From Lama guanicoe (Eukaryota): a stretch of 64,000 nucleotides of DNA. The notes under the pieces are model-generated. The model was not told where the DNA came from, ran no database searches, and saw only the letters and a list, made by a program, of their open reading frames with translations. The translations under genes were made by a program, and so were the position numbers. Each line of letters opens with the position of its first letter. The stretch's first letter is position 1. This document shows positions 11,501-25,429 of the stretch, piece after piece. The stretch is taken from NCBI GenBank assembly GCA_013239625.1, contig MU054391.1, positions 2,013,130 through 2,077,129 on the forward strand, given 5' to 3'.

Positions 11501-14500
11501 GGATACTTTGAATAAAACATTTGGTTTTTACCAGAAAAGGATGGTTTTAAAAAAATTTGTTATATTACAGTTACGTGAAGAAATGATCAAACAACTTACT
11601 TTTCTTGGTTGCTGATTATAAACCAGCTGGGGACTGTGATCTCACCAAGATGATTGCTTTTACAAAGGTGTTCATTTTGATCGGTTTAAATGTTGGCTCG
11701 GAGAGTTCGTGACCCACACTCAATTTTACAGCAAGCATTTCTGTTAGCTTTTCAGCCCATCCCCTCACCAATAACCAGGCTGAGATCTGTACAGGTGAGA
11801 TTTAGTTCACATTGTGTTTCCAAGAGCCAGCCCATTGGAGAACATGACTCTGTATTTCTGTGTTTATTATTTTGCATAAGAGAAAAGCACGTGAGCAAAT
11901 AAAGGGCTATTTCACAGATCAGCACATATTTGCAAAAGCAGTATTCATGTTAATGTTTAGAGACCCGAGAGCAACGTGCTTATTTAATTAAAGACAGCAA
12001 ACGCTTTCTGAAAAATCTGCCCAATAGCGTTCTGCTGCGTTTTTGTGTGTACGCATGATTGTGCCTTTACGTGTGTGAAAGGCCGTATAAAAAGAGCCAT
12101 AAATTCTTTTTTTTTTATTATACTGAGATTATGTTGAGTAGTAAACAGGGATGGACACAGAGGTAAGCCGGTGTCACCTTGACCCCTAGAACTTGAATCG
12201 TAATGTCTCATTCACCCAGTTGTCCCCACTATTTGCTCTCTTCTCTGTCAACAAGGCATCTTTCTCTGCCGGGAACAAGAGAACAGAAAACGTTCTGTTT
12301 TCTACCACATTCCTTCAACCTGAAGTGATGTTGTCAGTGTTAAAGGTAATTATATGTATTTAAAGGTTTAAACAGGCTGAGATGTTTTTAAAGCTAAAAG
12401 GCTGAGTGTTTTATGTCAGTGCCCTTGATTCTAACCTATAATTCCTTCCCCTTCTTTGTGAAGCAGCATTCCGTTGTGAGAGCATGTACCTAACTTGTCA
12501 ATAAATCAAGTGAAGATTATATGGATTTAACAGACTTCGTGGATGCATAGAAAAATAACCGTTTCAGAACTTTAAAACCAAATGACAGTGTGTGCTTTGC
12601 TTACACGCTGCGTAAATAAATCATGCTTTGATGTGTATTTACTTTCCCAAGTTAGTAGATCCTGCTAGAATTGTCAAGATTTCTTATTTGTTTTCCAAGG
12701 TTAGGATTTATCATCTAGACCGAGACGGTGTGGTGGCAAGACGTTTTTTTCTACTCTTTCTGCTGCAGAATTTAAACAGAAACAACTTCTCAGGGTTTAT
12801 AGCACGATGCTCCTACCTGTTTTCATTCCAAATTTTATCTTTTCTTGCTTGATACTACATTTCAGTTACTTCTTCCCTGTGTATAAAGTGTTTCAACTTT
12901 TATACGGTAAATTGTAACCATCTATGAGTAAGTACATTGGTGTTGGCACTAGAGAGACGTCAATGTAGTAACTTTTTAGGACAAAAGTATACATGGTCCT
13001 GCTTTTGCAAAAACACCCCTCAGCTGGCACTTCCAGTGACTGGAGCTCTGTCTTAGAGATGGAGAACACACGCACTTCAAGGGGCCGGGAAGCCGCTCTC
13101 ACGCTCGGCGGGCGTCTTAACCAACGACGTTGCTCTTCGCCCCGAGTCCTTGCTAGGTGTCGGCATCTGCTGCTCCACCGCTCTCTGCTCTTCCAAAATT
13201 GCAGTTAAAAAATTTACCATCTAGTGTACGAATTAGAAATGAATATATCTTTTGGAAACAGATCCAATGGTAATTTGGTAAAATATCAGCTTCCCAGGTG
13301 ATAAATAAAAAGCCATAATGTGATTTAGTCTAAAACATTCCTAATTTGTTCACTTTAAACGCCCAGCTTTTAATTAATTAATTAATCATTTTTAGGGATT
13401 AATCCTGTCTCTGACTTAAAACTTACTTCTGCCATCACTTTCCTGCTCTTGCTTTCTGCTTTGTTTTCAACAAGAGTTTTCTTGTGTGTTGTGAATGTCA
13501 CTTTTAGGATTCCATCTTGATTTATGTCAAGTATTTTTTACTGTAATTTTTATTTTTAAGGAGCAGCTCCAGGTGTTACCTCACTGTGGTCTCCCGGCGT
13601 TGGCGGTTTATCGTTTGGGACAAGCGTGGAAGCCTCACCTCTCTTACATCCCCCTACTCCCCTCCACTTGTGATATTATTGCCTTACATACTTTCTCTAC
13701 ATACTCTGAATACCAAGTCAGACAGTGTTATGAGTTTTGGTCTAGCTTTCAAGCATAATTTAGAAAACTCGAGAGTTTTTGAGAGCTCTGGGAGCGCCGC
13801 AGCCAGGCTGGGGGCAGTCACCGTCCCTCCCTTGCACCAGCTGGGGAACTCTTGCCCCTGGCTAGCAGAGGCCCGGGCACCAGGAGAGACTGGGAACACG
13901 GCATCCACATGGCACACGCAGGAGGTGGATGGAAGAGTGACAGGGTGGCTCTGTGTCGGCCACATGTGTGGAAGGGTAAGGTTGGGCAAACACAAAAAAT
14001 ACCTGAGGATAAATTGTTAAATATTACAGTTGGTTCCTGAAGTGGCTTCACTCCTCAGACACATTATAATTCTTAACTGAAGAAACAGTAGACTGGAGAC
14101 ACACCTTTGCAATGTCCTGAGTGTATTTTCTGTGACACAATAGAATTTTTATGTAAACATTAATCAAATGTTGTACAAAAAGAAAACTAAGACTGGAAAC
14201 AACCATCATGGGCCGTGCAAGAAGCAATGGGTTTATCTGTGGTAGCTCCGCTCACCTGTGGGCGCTGTGCTCACCTGTGGACACATCAATGCCTGGGATA
14301 CGTTCTCTATGTAAACTCGGGTGGTGATGGACAACCTGGGTGGAGAGCAGGGTGCACCTCTGTGGCACCATGACTGTTAATCCACGTCTTTATGAAATAA
14401 TCACACTGTTTGTGCTCTTTGGAGTCTCCTAGATTTGAGGAGCTGTATGATTTGGGAGGAAATATATAGGGTTTCAGCAGTCACCTTGGTGCAATGAGGA

Positions 14501-17500
14501 AAAGATCTGAGTAGCTCCTTCTCCCTCTGGTGTGAGTGTCCAGCCATCTGGCAGTCGGCGCGCCGGCAGTAAACGTGTAGCTGTGGGTTTGCTGTTTTCC
14601 TCCCGGCACGCACAGTTGCCCTCTATCCTGATGTTAATTGAGTGAAGGAAGCTTCCATTACACAACTGTCCCCTTAGTTAAATGGCTTTTGGGCTGCCTT
14701 CCACTTTTAAGGGACAGCAAAAGTTATGAAGAAACCAGGAATTTTTTGCCCAGGAAGCTATTTTTTTAAAGTTAGTTAAGAAAGAAAGATATCAAGAAAA
14801 GATAATTTCAGGTTTTCTTTAGTACAGTAAAATTCACCTCTTTTTATCATCTTCTGAAAAAAGTTTAGAATGATGATGTGGAGACAGAACCAGATGGTTG
14901 GCAGAAAACACAAGATCCAGTCCTGCTCTTAACCCCCCAAACACTGGAGAATTCCACTTGAAAAAAATAAATTCACCAAAATAAAATGACAGGAAGGTAG
15001 AAAGTATTTTTTTTAATTAAGACTTTCTTAGCTAAGTTCTATAAATAAGAATAATTTAATTTCCCATTTTTCTATTACATTGAAATTTTACTGGTGTTAT
15101 GGGCATAATGAGATTCATAAGTGCAGCTAAACTATCTGAGATTTATCCTTCTTGGCAAAATTTGACAGTAAAGTACTGGGTTCAGGAATATAATTTTGAA
15201 GAGTACATATTTATGATTTGTGGAAAAAATAGTTTTACGGAGGGTTATAACTCATGTTAACTTCATATAGACCCTCAGATACATCTATTAATCATATACA
15301 AAGCCCATTATTTTTAGGCCCTTTCATTTATAAAATGGAATGACGAAAATATCTACATTACTTGTGTGCACAAAACAGTCCCAGGATATTTGCTGGCCCA
15401 GCTAAGGGAGCGCAGAGTCCTGGACCACGGAAGACCGTTTCCTTTGAGCAGGTGCCCAACGCAGAGATGCGTTAGAATCCCGGATGGAGCAGTTTCCGAG
15501 AACAATGCTTTGTCTTCTCTACTGACAGGTTCGGTTACTGTGTGTCTTCTGTTTGCTCTCCTCATTATTCTTACTTTCCAAGGAAGCAACAGCTGCAAGT
15601 TCGGTGCAGGCAAGTCGAGCCTCTCCTGCACCTTCGGGGCGTTCACGCGGACGGGCGGGCGGCCAGAAGCCGGGATGGTGCAGGCGCAGTTGCTCCCTGG
15701 TCCTCTGTCACACACGGGGTGGGCACGTCTTTTGTGGGTCATTTACACGTCGGAGTCTTTGTGGTCGAGAGCCCAGTCTACCCCAGGCTCCCTTCACCTT
15801 AACCGTGGCCCCGATACGCACACATGTGAGTGGCTGGGCTCACAGTCAGGGGTCCTGACCGAATTCAAACGTTTGGAGTAACACTGCAGGCTTCTGTAAT
15901 CCAGGAGATGCTCTGTGCCATCTGGACACATGGCGAATGTCCAGTCATAGTGATGAAAGTAATGTACGTGTTTTTGTGTAAATGAATTTTCTAGTTAAGT
16001 CAAAATTCGGATACCTAATCAAAACTCTTTGTAAAAGCCGCCCTGGTAACAAAACTACATTGAATATTAGTTGGATTTTTGTCTAAGGACTGAGACTCTT
16101 AAGGGCTTCAGGTCCCAATTAAATGATATCCCACCCAGAGCAGATTCCACAAGTGAACCTGTTTTCTTGGGACCCACCTTTCTGTTACCACCATGGGGGA
16201 CGTATGTCAATTGACGTTTCTCTTCATTTAGGTTCTGCTTAATTCAGATTGAGGGGATATACCATTGCAAAAGCATTTCTTCTTGCTTCTCTTTTTTAAA
16301 ATTTCGTGTCGCAGAAGCCATGTTTTTCACGTCCCAATCATCATTCATCAAAATCACCTGCACACAAATTAACGTAATCAGGAATCCACATAACCAGCAC
16401 CGAGAGGTAGGTGTCCACCTCGGCAAGTGTCACAACCATGTTTTACACTACAGTTTTCCTATTTTGAACATTATTTAAACTTATTAAAAACTACAAATGG
16501 ATATTACATGGGGAAATGATATATATATAAGGACTTCAGAAAATAAAATACAGAATACAGAAAATGCCCTTTCTGAAATCATTGCCCTCTGACACTCTCA
16601 ATATTGTTAACTTTGAACTGCGTTTCTAAATGTCATAAACAGAGAAGATTCCAGAAACACAAAGGTAATTTGCTTAACTGCTCAGAATTTAAAAATCCTA
16701 GACTTCTGACAAACATAACACTGTGGTACAGTCTGAAAATGGGACACAAAAATTTACTGTTGGAGGGTCATTCTTCCTGAGTCTGGTGTTCCTGAGCATC
16801 TTTGAAGCAAAGGTTCGAGAATGTTCTCACAGCAGACAGTCTTGGAAAGATAAAAATAGTGTCTCCCTCTGGAGAGACTTAGAAGCATCTCTGCCCAGAG
16901 ACGTTCCAAGTCAGTAAATCTAGAGGCATCTCCTGCTCTCCCATGAGCAGTACTGAGAGGGAGGGGAAGGCCTGCCAGCAGCCCCCCAAGGATGAGGGTC
17001 TTCTAATCGCAGTATTCCTCAGCTGTGACAGCGCCTCCCTGGACCACTGCTGCATCGCTCCAGGAGGGCCTGGGAACCCTGGGGATCCAGTGTGAACAGG
17101 AAGCTCACAGGGTCCACTTGGGTTCCTGGTCTCTTTATCAGCCACGTGTGTGGATGTGAGGTTCGGCAGTCTAGAAGCCCGGCTTTGTAAGGCCTGCTCC
17201 ACCCATGGGCATATGTCCAGTTCATCTTAAAAGAAAGAGGTCATAAATATTTGCCGAACGTTCCTGCAGAATATTGTGGAAATTCCTGCAACTTTCTGAT
17301 CTAGCTGTGGATTAAAATTTTCAGGTTCTCATGAAATCATAAAGTATCTTATTTTGAAATGCATGAAAATAGGCCTCCCGTGTCTGTTTTATCTCTGCAA
17401 TCCATAGAAACCTCGTATTTTAAGCATTTTCTTTAAAACACACTCCAAGAGGCATTTTGATAATCTTCTAAGTCCTGGGCCACCTAGGTGAATGAAAGGC

Positions 17501-19599
17501 GAGAAGCTCAGTGGGAGGCGTGGAAGGATGCTGACGGTCCATGCTAAGCTGGAGGGACACGGTCTCAGAGCGCTGGGATGGCTCCTAGACTTGGCTGACA
17601 CGCTGTATGATGGGCAGTGGAGGGTCAGCCTTCTCCCAGCTCTTCGTATTTGCAGACCTTCTTTCCCCAGACATCTGCCCTCCTTGGAATCCTACCCACA
17701 ATTTCTAAGCATGAGTGTTCAGAGGTCTTGAAAAGGAATCAGGCAGCAGGGTTGGAAGAGCTCCCAGGTGCACTGATGGTGGCCAGGTGCTGGCTGGCGT
17801 CCCCACGTCAGGGTGAAGCTGGTGAGCCTGAATTCCCAGTGACCAGATAACTAGAGAGACGGCTCCTGCACACTGTGTGTCCTCCAGGGGTTGCGTTTCC
17901 TTTCATCTGACTTTAATTAGGATTAAACTCTAGCCACTAGACAAGTAGATTTTCTTCATTTGGCTGTAGTCACAGGCACAAAAGGTCACAAGGAGGACAG
18001 AGGAAGAGGAGCGGCTTGAGCGGTGGGACGTCTGAAAACGACTTTGCATAACATACAGACTCCACAGGACTTGGATGTGCTGCTTCCAGGGAAAGCCACA
18101 CTCAGGCAGACTGTCACCAGTTACCTTTCTTCCTGAGCGCCAGCAAGCTCTAGCTGGCACTTTTCAGGTGCTGCCTGCTGTCATGTGATGGTGTCAGGGT
18201 TTGTCCTTTCACCTCTCTATTTTGTGTGGCAGAACAGCAGTGTTTTAATAGCTCAGTTTCTGATATCCAGAGCTTAGATAGAGGCTCCAATTTGCACATT
18301 TTTAGATTTATTTCTGGCTTCATGACTACTGGGCAGTTTGTGAACATCTCACAATAATTGCAGGTTGATTTCTCCACTTCATGCCCCAGCCTTCACACGT
18401 GCCTGTGCAATCCAGGTGACTGGAAATGATCTTCTGCTAAAGAAAAATGTTGTCGACGGAGTTTGCCATAAGCAATCTTTTTTTTTTTCCTTTAAAGGTG
18501 TTCTGAAACAGGTAATTGGTTTGAAATTTTATCTTCTTTTAAGAAAGCAAAACATAGTGATCTGTAAAAGGCTATATTTTATCTAAAACCTGCTCTTTAA
18601 AATCAGCCCAACTGGTGCTGTCTTAGCATAAAGAGATAATTGAGCTCTTGGGAATCGCAAAGCCAGAGACAGAGTCTATCAGGGGACATTTGGAAATTGT
18701 ATCGTTTTCCCAGAAATGACAGTATTTCTGAAATCCTCCAGGATGATTGGGCCATCTGGTGTCCGGGACTGCCCATGGCTCTTCCTGGTAGCGAACTCCT
18801 TGATTAAGAAGGTCCCTCGATGGCAGAAATGTCTGGGGAGAGAGTGAACAGAGGGGATCCACTCAGGGCCGTTAGTGGAGCCACACGGCAGCTCAGGAGT
18901 GACCACTGTGTCCCTCCAAGGCTGCAGGTGTCCCGGGATGAGCCCGTCAGTTGAACACTCCCCTTGACTTCTGGCTCCCAAGCTGAGATTTAACAAGTCA
19001 CTCTGCACCTTGTCCCTTCTCTGTGTAGACTTAGTTGAATTAAATGACTGTGTAATGGTTGCTGAAGCTGAGAGCTCAGCGCTGATGACTCCTTCACGAG
19101 AAGAAAGACAAAGGGACAGTGCAAGATGTCTAGACATAGAGCAGTCGACTGCGTTGAATTGAAAATCGTAGGACCTTTTTAAACAGCAGGATAGGGAGAG
19201 GGAATTCACTTAAGATGGGCACAGAAAGCTGGGACTGGGAGCACCTGTCAGAGGCCAAAGCGCCCCGTTCCTCCCCGGAGCCCCGGGCGCCTGCCTCTCA
19301 CTGGGCTCCCTGCCGGGCTCACCAGCCAGCCACGCGCCAGGGCCACTGCTGACCCCCCTAGTTGTCAGCGTTGTTGGTAGGGGGGCTCCACGGCCTGGCC
19401 CTCTGAGCCCGTCCTGAACGCGACCCTGCCCTGCTTCCAGCCACGCTGGCCCTGGCTGTGGCCCCCACGACTCTCAGCAGGACCAGGCCCCGGGAGGCCT
19501 GAGGCTCAGCTCCGCCCCGGACCAAGCACGTCTTTTCTTCCCCCAAACACACGTCCTTAGCTGGGAAAGGGGAAGAAATCACCCACTAGTGAAGGGCGA

Positions 19600-20800
19600 T
19601 GGAGGGACGGGCCGAGAGCTTGGCTCATTCGGGTTTAAACTGCGTCCCTAATACATTTACGAGTCGCCAGGCCTCAGGCAGACGCCGTCCTCCAGCTGGG
19701 GGCCCGTCTCCGTGGCTGTGCCCCCGCCCCCGCCCCCAACACGCCACATGCCAGGTCCCCGGGCTGAAAGGACTTGACCCGGTGGGCACACGCTGGCCTG
19801 CTGGCTGCCTGTGGCCGAGCGCGCCGCAGACCCAGGGAGAGCAGAGGCTTCCCGGAAGCCTTCCTCAGCTTGGAAACGCTCACTGGGCGCCTCCCGTGGG
19901 CGGGTCCTGGGCGCCTCCCGTGGGCGGGTCCTGGGCGCCTCCCGTGGGCAGGTCCTGAACACCTCCCGTGGGCGGGTCCTTAGCTCCTCCCGTGGGCGGA
20001 GTCCTGGGCGCCTCCCGTGGGCTGAGTCCTGAGTGCCTCCCGTGGGCAGGTCCTGAACACCTCCCGTGGGTGGGTCCTGAGTGCCTCCCGTGGGCGGGTC
20101 CTGAGCGCCTCCCGTGGGTGGGGTCCTGGGCGCCTCCCGTGGGCGGGTCCTGGGCGCCTCCCGTGGGCTGAGTCCTGAGTGCCTCCCGTGGGCAGGTCCT
20201 GAACACCTCCCGTGGGCGGGTCCTGAGCGCCTCCCGTGGGCGGGGTCCTGGGCGCCTCCCGTGGGCGGGTCCTGAGCGCCTCCCGTGGGTGGGTCCTGAG
20301 CACCTCCCGTGGGCGGAGTCCTGAGCCCGTTCTCAGTTCCGGGGCAGAAGAGTGGCGCGGGGGGTGGGAGGGTGGGGAGGAGGGCGGAGCCCTCGCTTCT
20401 GTGGCGCTTCTGCTCCAGATGGCTCGGGAACCACGGTCCGCGTACCCCCCACCCCGCCCCAGCCCCCGAGATGCGGCAGCGCGGGTCTGCCCGCCCGAGG
20501 ACCCGGCCCTGCGGGCTGGCGGCGGCCCGGGCGAGTCCGCCGAGTGTCCCCGCGCAGCGGCTCGGAAGAGAAGCCCCTTCAGTGAAGACCCGGAAGAGCC
20601 GCGCTTCTCGCGGACGCGGCGTCTCCTCGCGTTACGGCGCTGGGGGCGTCCTGCTCGACCGCGAGCGTCGCTGTGCGCGGCCGTGGGGAAGCTCGGCGCT
20701 GAGGCTCCGGCCGTGCGTCGCCGAGGGCCGCGAGCAGGCCCAGCCAGCCTTCACGCCTCCTGCCTTGTTTCCCTGCCGCTGCGGCCTCCTCAGCAACGTC
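19600..20800. promoter_or_regulatory. CpG island containing a minisatellite
   Basis: Very high GC and dense CpG, especially at 20330-20780. It ends sharply at the L1 T-rich tail at ~20815. Confidence 0.8.
19883..20326. repeat. GC-rich minisatellite (VNTR): 18 units of 24-25 bp, consensus approximately CTG(G/A)GCGCCTCCCGTGGGCGGGTC
   Basis: I parsed the units by hand. The core CCTCCCGTGGG is invariant in all 18, and there are no spacers. Confidence 0.97.
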
Positions 20801-20814
20801 TGCAGGCTGCACTT

Positions 20815-21280
20815 TGTATTTACTTTTATTGAAGTACCGTTGATTTATCATATCTTCTTAGTTTCAGGTGGAAAACAGACTTTTGTATGCAATATTTTTA
20901 CTTAACTTGAAATTATTATAAAATATTGGTGATATTCCTTGTACTGTACAATATATCTTTGTAGTTTATTTTTTGCTTAGTAACGTGTACCTCTTAATCT
21001 TCGCCCCCGTCATGCCCCTCCCCCCTTCCCTCTCCCCACTGGTAACCGCTGGTGTGTTCTCTGTGAGTCTGTTTTGTTATATTCATTCATTTGTTGCTAG
21101 TGGTTTTTTTTTTTTAGATTCTACATTTAAATGATAACATACAGTGTACTTGTCTACCTAACTCATTTCCCTAAGCATAATGCCCTCCAGGTCCTTCTAT
21201 GTTGTTGCAAATGGCAAAATGTTCTTTTTCCTGGCTGAGTAGTATTCTGTGGCGTGTATATGAATATACAAATAATGGGA
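20815..21280 (-). mobile_element. L1 3' end (artiodactyl-type)
   Basis: 'tttattgaagta...gtttcaggtg', 'ccccactggtaacc' and 'ccaggtccttctatgttgttgcaaatggcaaaat' are typical of an antisense L1 3' UTR / ORF2 end. Confidence 0.85.
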
Positions 21281-21363
21281 TATTTATCTCTGTTTCATTA
21301 GTTATTTTTTCAGGGTTGTTTTCCTCATTCTTTCTCTTGAAATAAATTCCCCACAAGAGGGGA

Positions 21364-21839
21364 TGTGGTGTCAGCTAGATGTTGAATTTGTGTGAGAATA
21401 ACAGAGAATCCAAAAGCAATGGTTTCAAAAAGCTGGTGAAATTAATTGTCTTTATCTGATGGTTACAATTAGGATTCTGGAGTTTGGTCCAGGTGTCCAA
21501 GGATGACATGGCATGTTTTCTGTAAATTTCTGTCTTTCCTCCTTGGTCACCTTATGGGTACAGCCATATCCAACATTGTGTCTGCTTCCAGGCCAGAAAG
21601 GAAATAGGAAAAAAAAAAAAAAAGACTTCATCAGTTGAGTGAGCTTGTATTCAATGGGAATTCTCAGAAGCCCCAGCCAGGGATTCACTCCAAGGTGACC
21701 AGCAGGAGATTATGGAGGGACCATTTCTAGCTGACTCTTTGTCTCTTTGTTTTAAGACGGACACATAGCACCCAAATAAAATCCATCTTCTGTTAGTAAG
21801 GAAATGGATACAGGTAGGCCAGCAAAAGTCTCTCATACA
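21364..21839 (-). mobile_element. ERVL solo LTR, LTR33-like
   Basis: TG...CA ends. 'aataacagagaatccaaaagcaatgg' and 'cacccaaataaaatccatcttctgttagtaagg...gtaggccagc' resemble LTR33 antisense. Confidence 0.65.
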
Positions 21840-24124
21840 GTAGAAATAAACAACCCTATTTTTTTGTGTGTGCCTTCATAATATTTCATAGCACACAACT
21901 TAGCATTTACATGGCACTTTAAACCTTTTCAAGTGATTTTTTATCTGTTTCCCCAGCTTTACATTAGTTTGCTCCACTTTTCTCCTAAATCACTGGAAAT
22001 ATTTGTCACTCCCTATAACTACAAAAGCTGAAATATTCATTCAAGTGATTAATCATGTGGTTTTACGTATTTCTCCTTGTTATGTATATAATCTCTTTCA
22101 CCCAGTTTCCTTCTGATAGTTTTTCCATCGCCAGACTAGATATTAACTTGACAAAATTTGCTAAAACTTTTACAAATGCCATAAATCCCGTTAGGAATTC
22201 ATTATTCAAGGCACAAAATGAGTGCGTTTTATAGCGCTTTTAGCAGAGTCAGTGAGCCTGAGACCACTGCGTGAGTTTTTGCTGTAACTAGGGGACCGCG
22301 CACAGCGGGCATCACCTTGGCTTCCGACCACTTCGGGCAATTGCCAGCCCAATTTATTGCCAAAGAAGTATTTGTCATGGAAAATAGGTACTGAAAAAAA
22401 AATGAGAGCACCTTTTTCCTTGATTTCCTAAAAATGAAAACCTTGGGGTGAGATCTGAGTAGTTTTTATTCTCTTCTTTCTGTCGTTTTCACTTCTTCCT
22501 TAGGTAATCAGCAGTTGGCAACTGCAAGAAAAACCTGAACCCTTGTTCTCAGAGGTCCCTTTCTGTGTTCACAGCTGTCAGTCTCCTGTTGCCCTGGGTC
22601 CCTGGGGTGCTTCTTGTGGCCCCGAGTCCGTGTACCTTAGTCTTTTTAGATTCTGGGCTGCTTGCCCCAAATTCTATTTCTCAACACCCGCTTCTTCAGA
22701 GGAGGGCTTCCTGTAGTACACAGTTGAAACATAATCTATGAATTTCAGCTCTGACAATTTAAAACTAATATTACACAATTTCTCTCAATTTTGGGCTCAT
22801 CTCAAAGTCTTAAATATTACTTTTTTTTCGTAATTTCACTGCATTTTTATAGCTCACGTCTCTTTCTTAAAATGAATGGAAATCTATATCCCCTCCTTTC
22901 TTTTCATCTCCCAATTTGTGTTATTTTTTTCCTCCTGAAATGTTGACTTAAAGATACTTTTTGTTTAAGTCAGTCTTATATATTTATTAAAACCCTTCAT
23001 AAATTAGTATGTGTATTTCATGGGTTGGCTTCACATTTAATATTGTATTTTACACATTAAGATGCCAGGTTCATTTTTATGGTAAACTTCACATTAAAAT
23101 AACAGAGGGCTTTAAATCAATGATATACATTTTTTTTCTGAATAAATATACATGGAGGAGTAATTAGTTTCCTTTTTGGCTAAATCATACCTATCTGATC
23201 AGTTTGGAGAATACAAATATTACTTTAAAATTCTGAAACCCTTAACTCAGAGTGCCTCAAACACAACAGGCACTCAGTGGTTCTTGCTTGAGTGTGTATT
23301 CTGTCATTATTCCATGAAACAGCCCAGTATTAGCTCAGCCATAAGGAAAAGCACTTTGCGTCCTCAGGCTTTAAATAAAATTGCTTAAAGAGGGCAGTGA
23401 AATATGAAATCAGTAAATGGCAAATCTCCACGGATATCTAGCAATGTTCTAAGCAAAAATTTGACAGGTTATCGCATATATTATTTACTGAGCATCTAAT
23501 GAAGATTTAACAGGTAATTTTATTTCTCAAAAGAATCTGACACAAATTATTTATCTGCCTTACCTTTAAGGCATGGATTTCTGTTTGTTATTGTTTATGC
23601 TAAAGTCACCTAAGTTTCTTCAGAGAAATATATGAAGTATTATATTTTGAAGTGGAAAGAACATAATACAAACTTCTCAGGACTTAATATTTATGTGGAT
23701 CAAACTAACGGGCTCCTTAAGGCAGTAAAACATGGCTGTTAAAGGCACACTCTCGGGCTCTGGTAAGTTCCCAGGCACCTGAGTTCCCAGCTCCTCATCT
23801 TCAGGGGAGTAGAGATGGCCCTGTGCTTGTGCTGTGCTGGAGGAGTGTCATTCTTCATCTGTTAACGTTTTTCATCAGAAATACAAACCTGAGTATCTTT
23901 TCTAAGTAACCTTGAACTGTGCAGTATCTTTAAAAATAGCTCTGAATTTAGCAGAGTTTTAGATGCACAAAGGTGTTGTGAACGCAGCACAGGAGCCCTG
24001 CCACACACCAGGCTCCTCCACCATTGACCAGGGGAGCCAGTCAACGGCCGGCGCCAGCAGTGGTGTCGCTGGTGGACGGCAGTCCTGTTATCCCCAGCAC
24101 GGACAGACAGTGCTGATAGACGCG

Positions 24125-24520
24125 GCCACGAATCAACACTGATCCATTATTATGAACTGAATTCCACACTTGGCTCAGTTTCCTCAGTTTTTACCTGACG
24201 TTCTTTTTCTGTCCCAGGGTCCCTTCCATCACCCCACCCACCGTTTGGTCACTGTGTCTCCTCAGACCCCTCGTGACCGTGACCTTTTCTCAAATGGGTC
24301 ATGGTTCCCATGCCCTTGGCAGTTTTGGGGAGTACTGATCAGGTTGTAGTAGAAGGTCCCTCCATTGGGATGACGGGTGTTTTTGTCAGAGTTAAACGGG
24401 TTAGGGTTTTTGGGGGAGACCACAGAGGTCAAGTGCCTCCACGTGACCCCCTGTCGAGGGTGTTGCTGTCAGTGTGGTTTGTCACTGTCATGTTTGCTTA
24501 CCCTTCATCTGGCTGAGGTG
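24125..24520 (-). mobile_element. Old L1 (L1MC/L1MD-like) 3' UTR fragment
   Basis: 'agtactgatcaggttgtagtagaaggtccctccattgg...gggagaccacagaggtcaagtgcc' resembles an L1MC/MD 3' UTR in antisense. Confidence 0.7.
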
Positions 24521-24679
24521 AAGAGCTTTTTTACTTAAAAGTATTAACTAGTGTGTCTCTAACAAGAGATGATTACTAAGGTTTCAGATGATTTTGTCAA
24601 AAATGTTTAATTTTCTTATTCTTTCAGTGAATAAAAGGAATAGAGACTTGGCTTTAAGTAGTAGCCTTATCTGTAGACA

Positions 24680-24860
24680 TTCTTTTGTTGCAGTAGAGTT
24701 GATTTCCGATGTTGTGTCAGTTTCTGGCGTGCAGCAGAGCGATTCAGTTACGTGCATGTATTATTTTTCACATTCTTACTCATTGTAGCTCATTACAAGG
24801 TAGTGAGTGTAGTTCCCTGGGCCACACACTTGGACCTTGTTGGTTCTACCATATATAGAC
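24680..24860 (-). mobile_element. Short L1 3' tail (artiodactyl-type)
   Basis: 'gttgattt...gtttctggcgtgcagcagagcgattcagtt...tagttccctg' is the same tail motif as other copies in the window. Confidence 0.75.
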
Positions 24861-25429
24861 ACTGTTTTCCAAAAGAAATCGTTTCGGAATTTTACAAGAA
24901 AACTTACTGCTTAGCAGTCAATGCCTGAGTTAGCTTCATTCGTGCATTCTTGACGAGGACGAGTGACCCAGAACGCATCTGTGGGAACGTAGTTGAAGAA
25001 AGACATCCCTTCAAAACCCTTGCTGCTACAGCGTGTGGTGACGAGGGTTACCGCAGAGCGTGCCGCCCAAGTCAGTTCCCCTCTGAGCGCCCCTTCCTCA
25101 CACAACAGAGAGGCCCTTTCCACAGCCCACTTACCGGGCGTGCCGGGGGTTTGCTGGCGCACAGGCAGCCGGGGCGGCAGGACTCTGCAGGGTCTGCTGG
25201 TCTGGATTGCACTTCCTGGGCTGTTTTGGCTGTTTCTTTTTACAGTTAGCTCTGTGTTTCTAAACAACACTTGCATTCTGGGATTTCTTAATACCAGTTT
25301 CAGTCATCGCCTTTGAGCGTCTGGTACGGAAGCTGGAAATTTCTCACGCTTACACCATCACTCTCCGCACTTCATGCTCCCAGTAATTGTATTGCTATTT
25401 TAATCTCATATTTACCTACGTTACTTGAG

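Noticed and set aside
15353..15881. 171-aa and 129-aa ORFs
   Set aside because: No recognisable homology, overlapping antiparallel frames and no convincing gene structure.
19883..20326. CRISPR-like array
   Set aside because: The units are contiguous with no unique spacers, there are no cas genes, and the context is mammalian.
19599..20905. Repetitive ORFs (PPTGGAQD, WAGPE repeats) and 198-aa ORFs
   Set aside because: They are translations of the 24-bp minisatellite and the CpG island.
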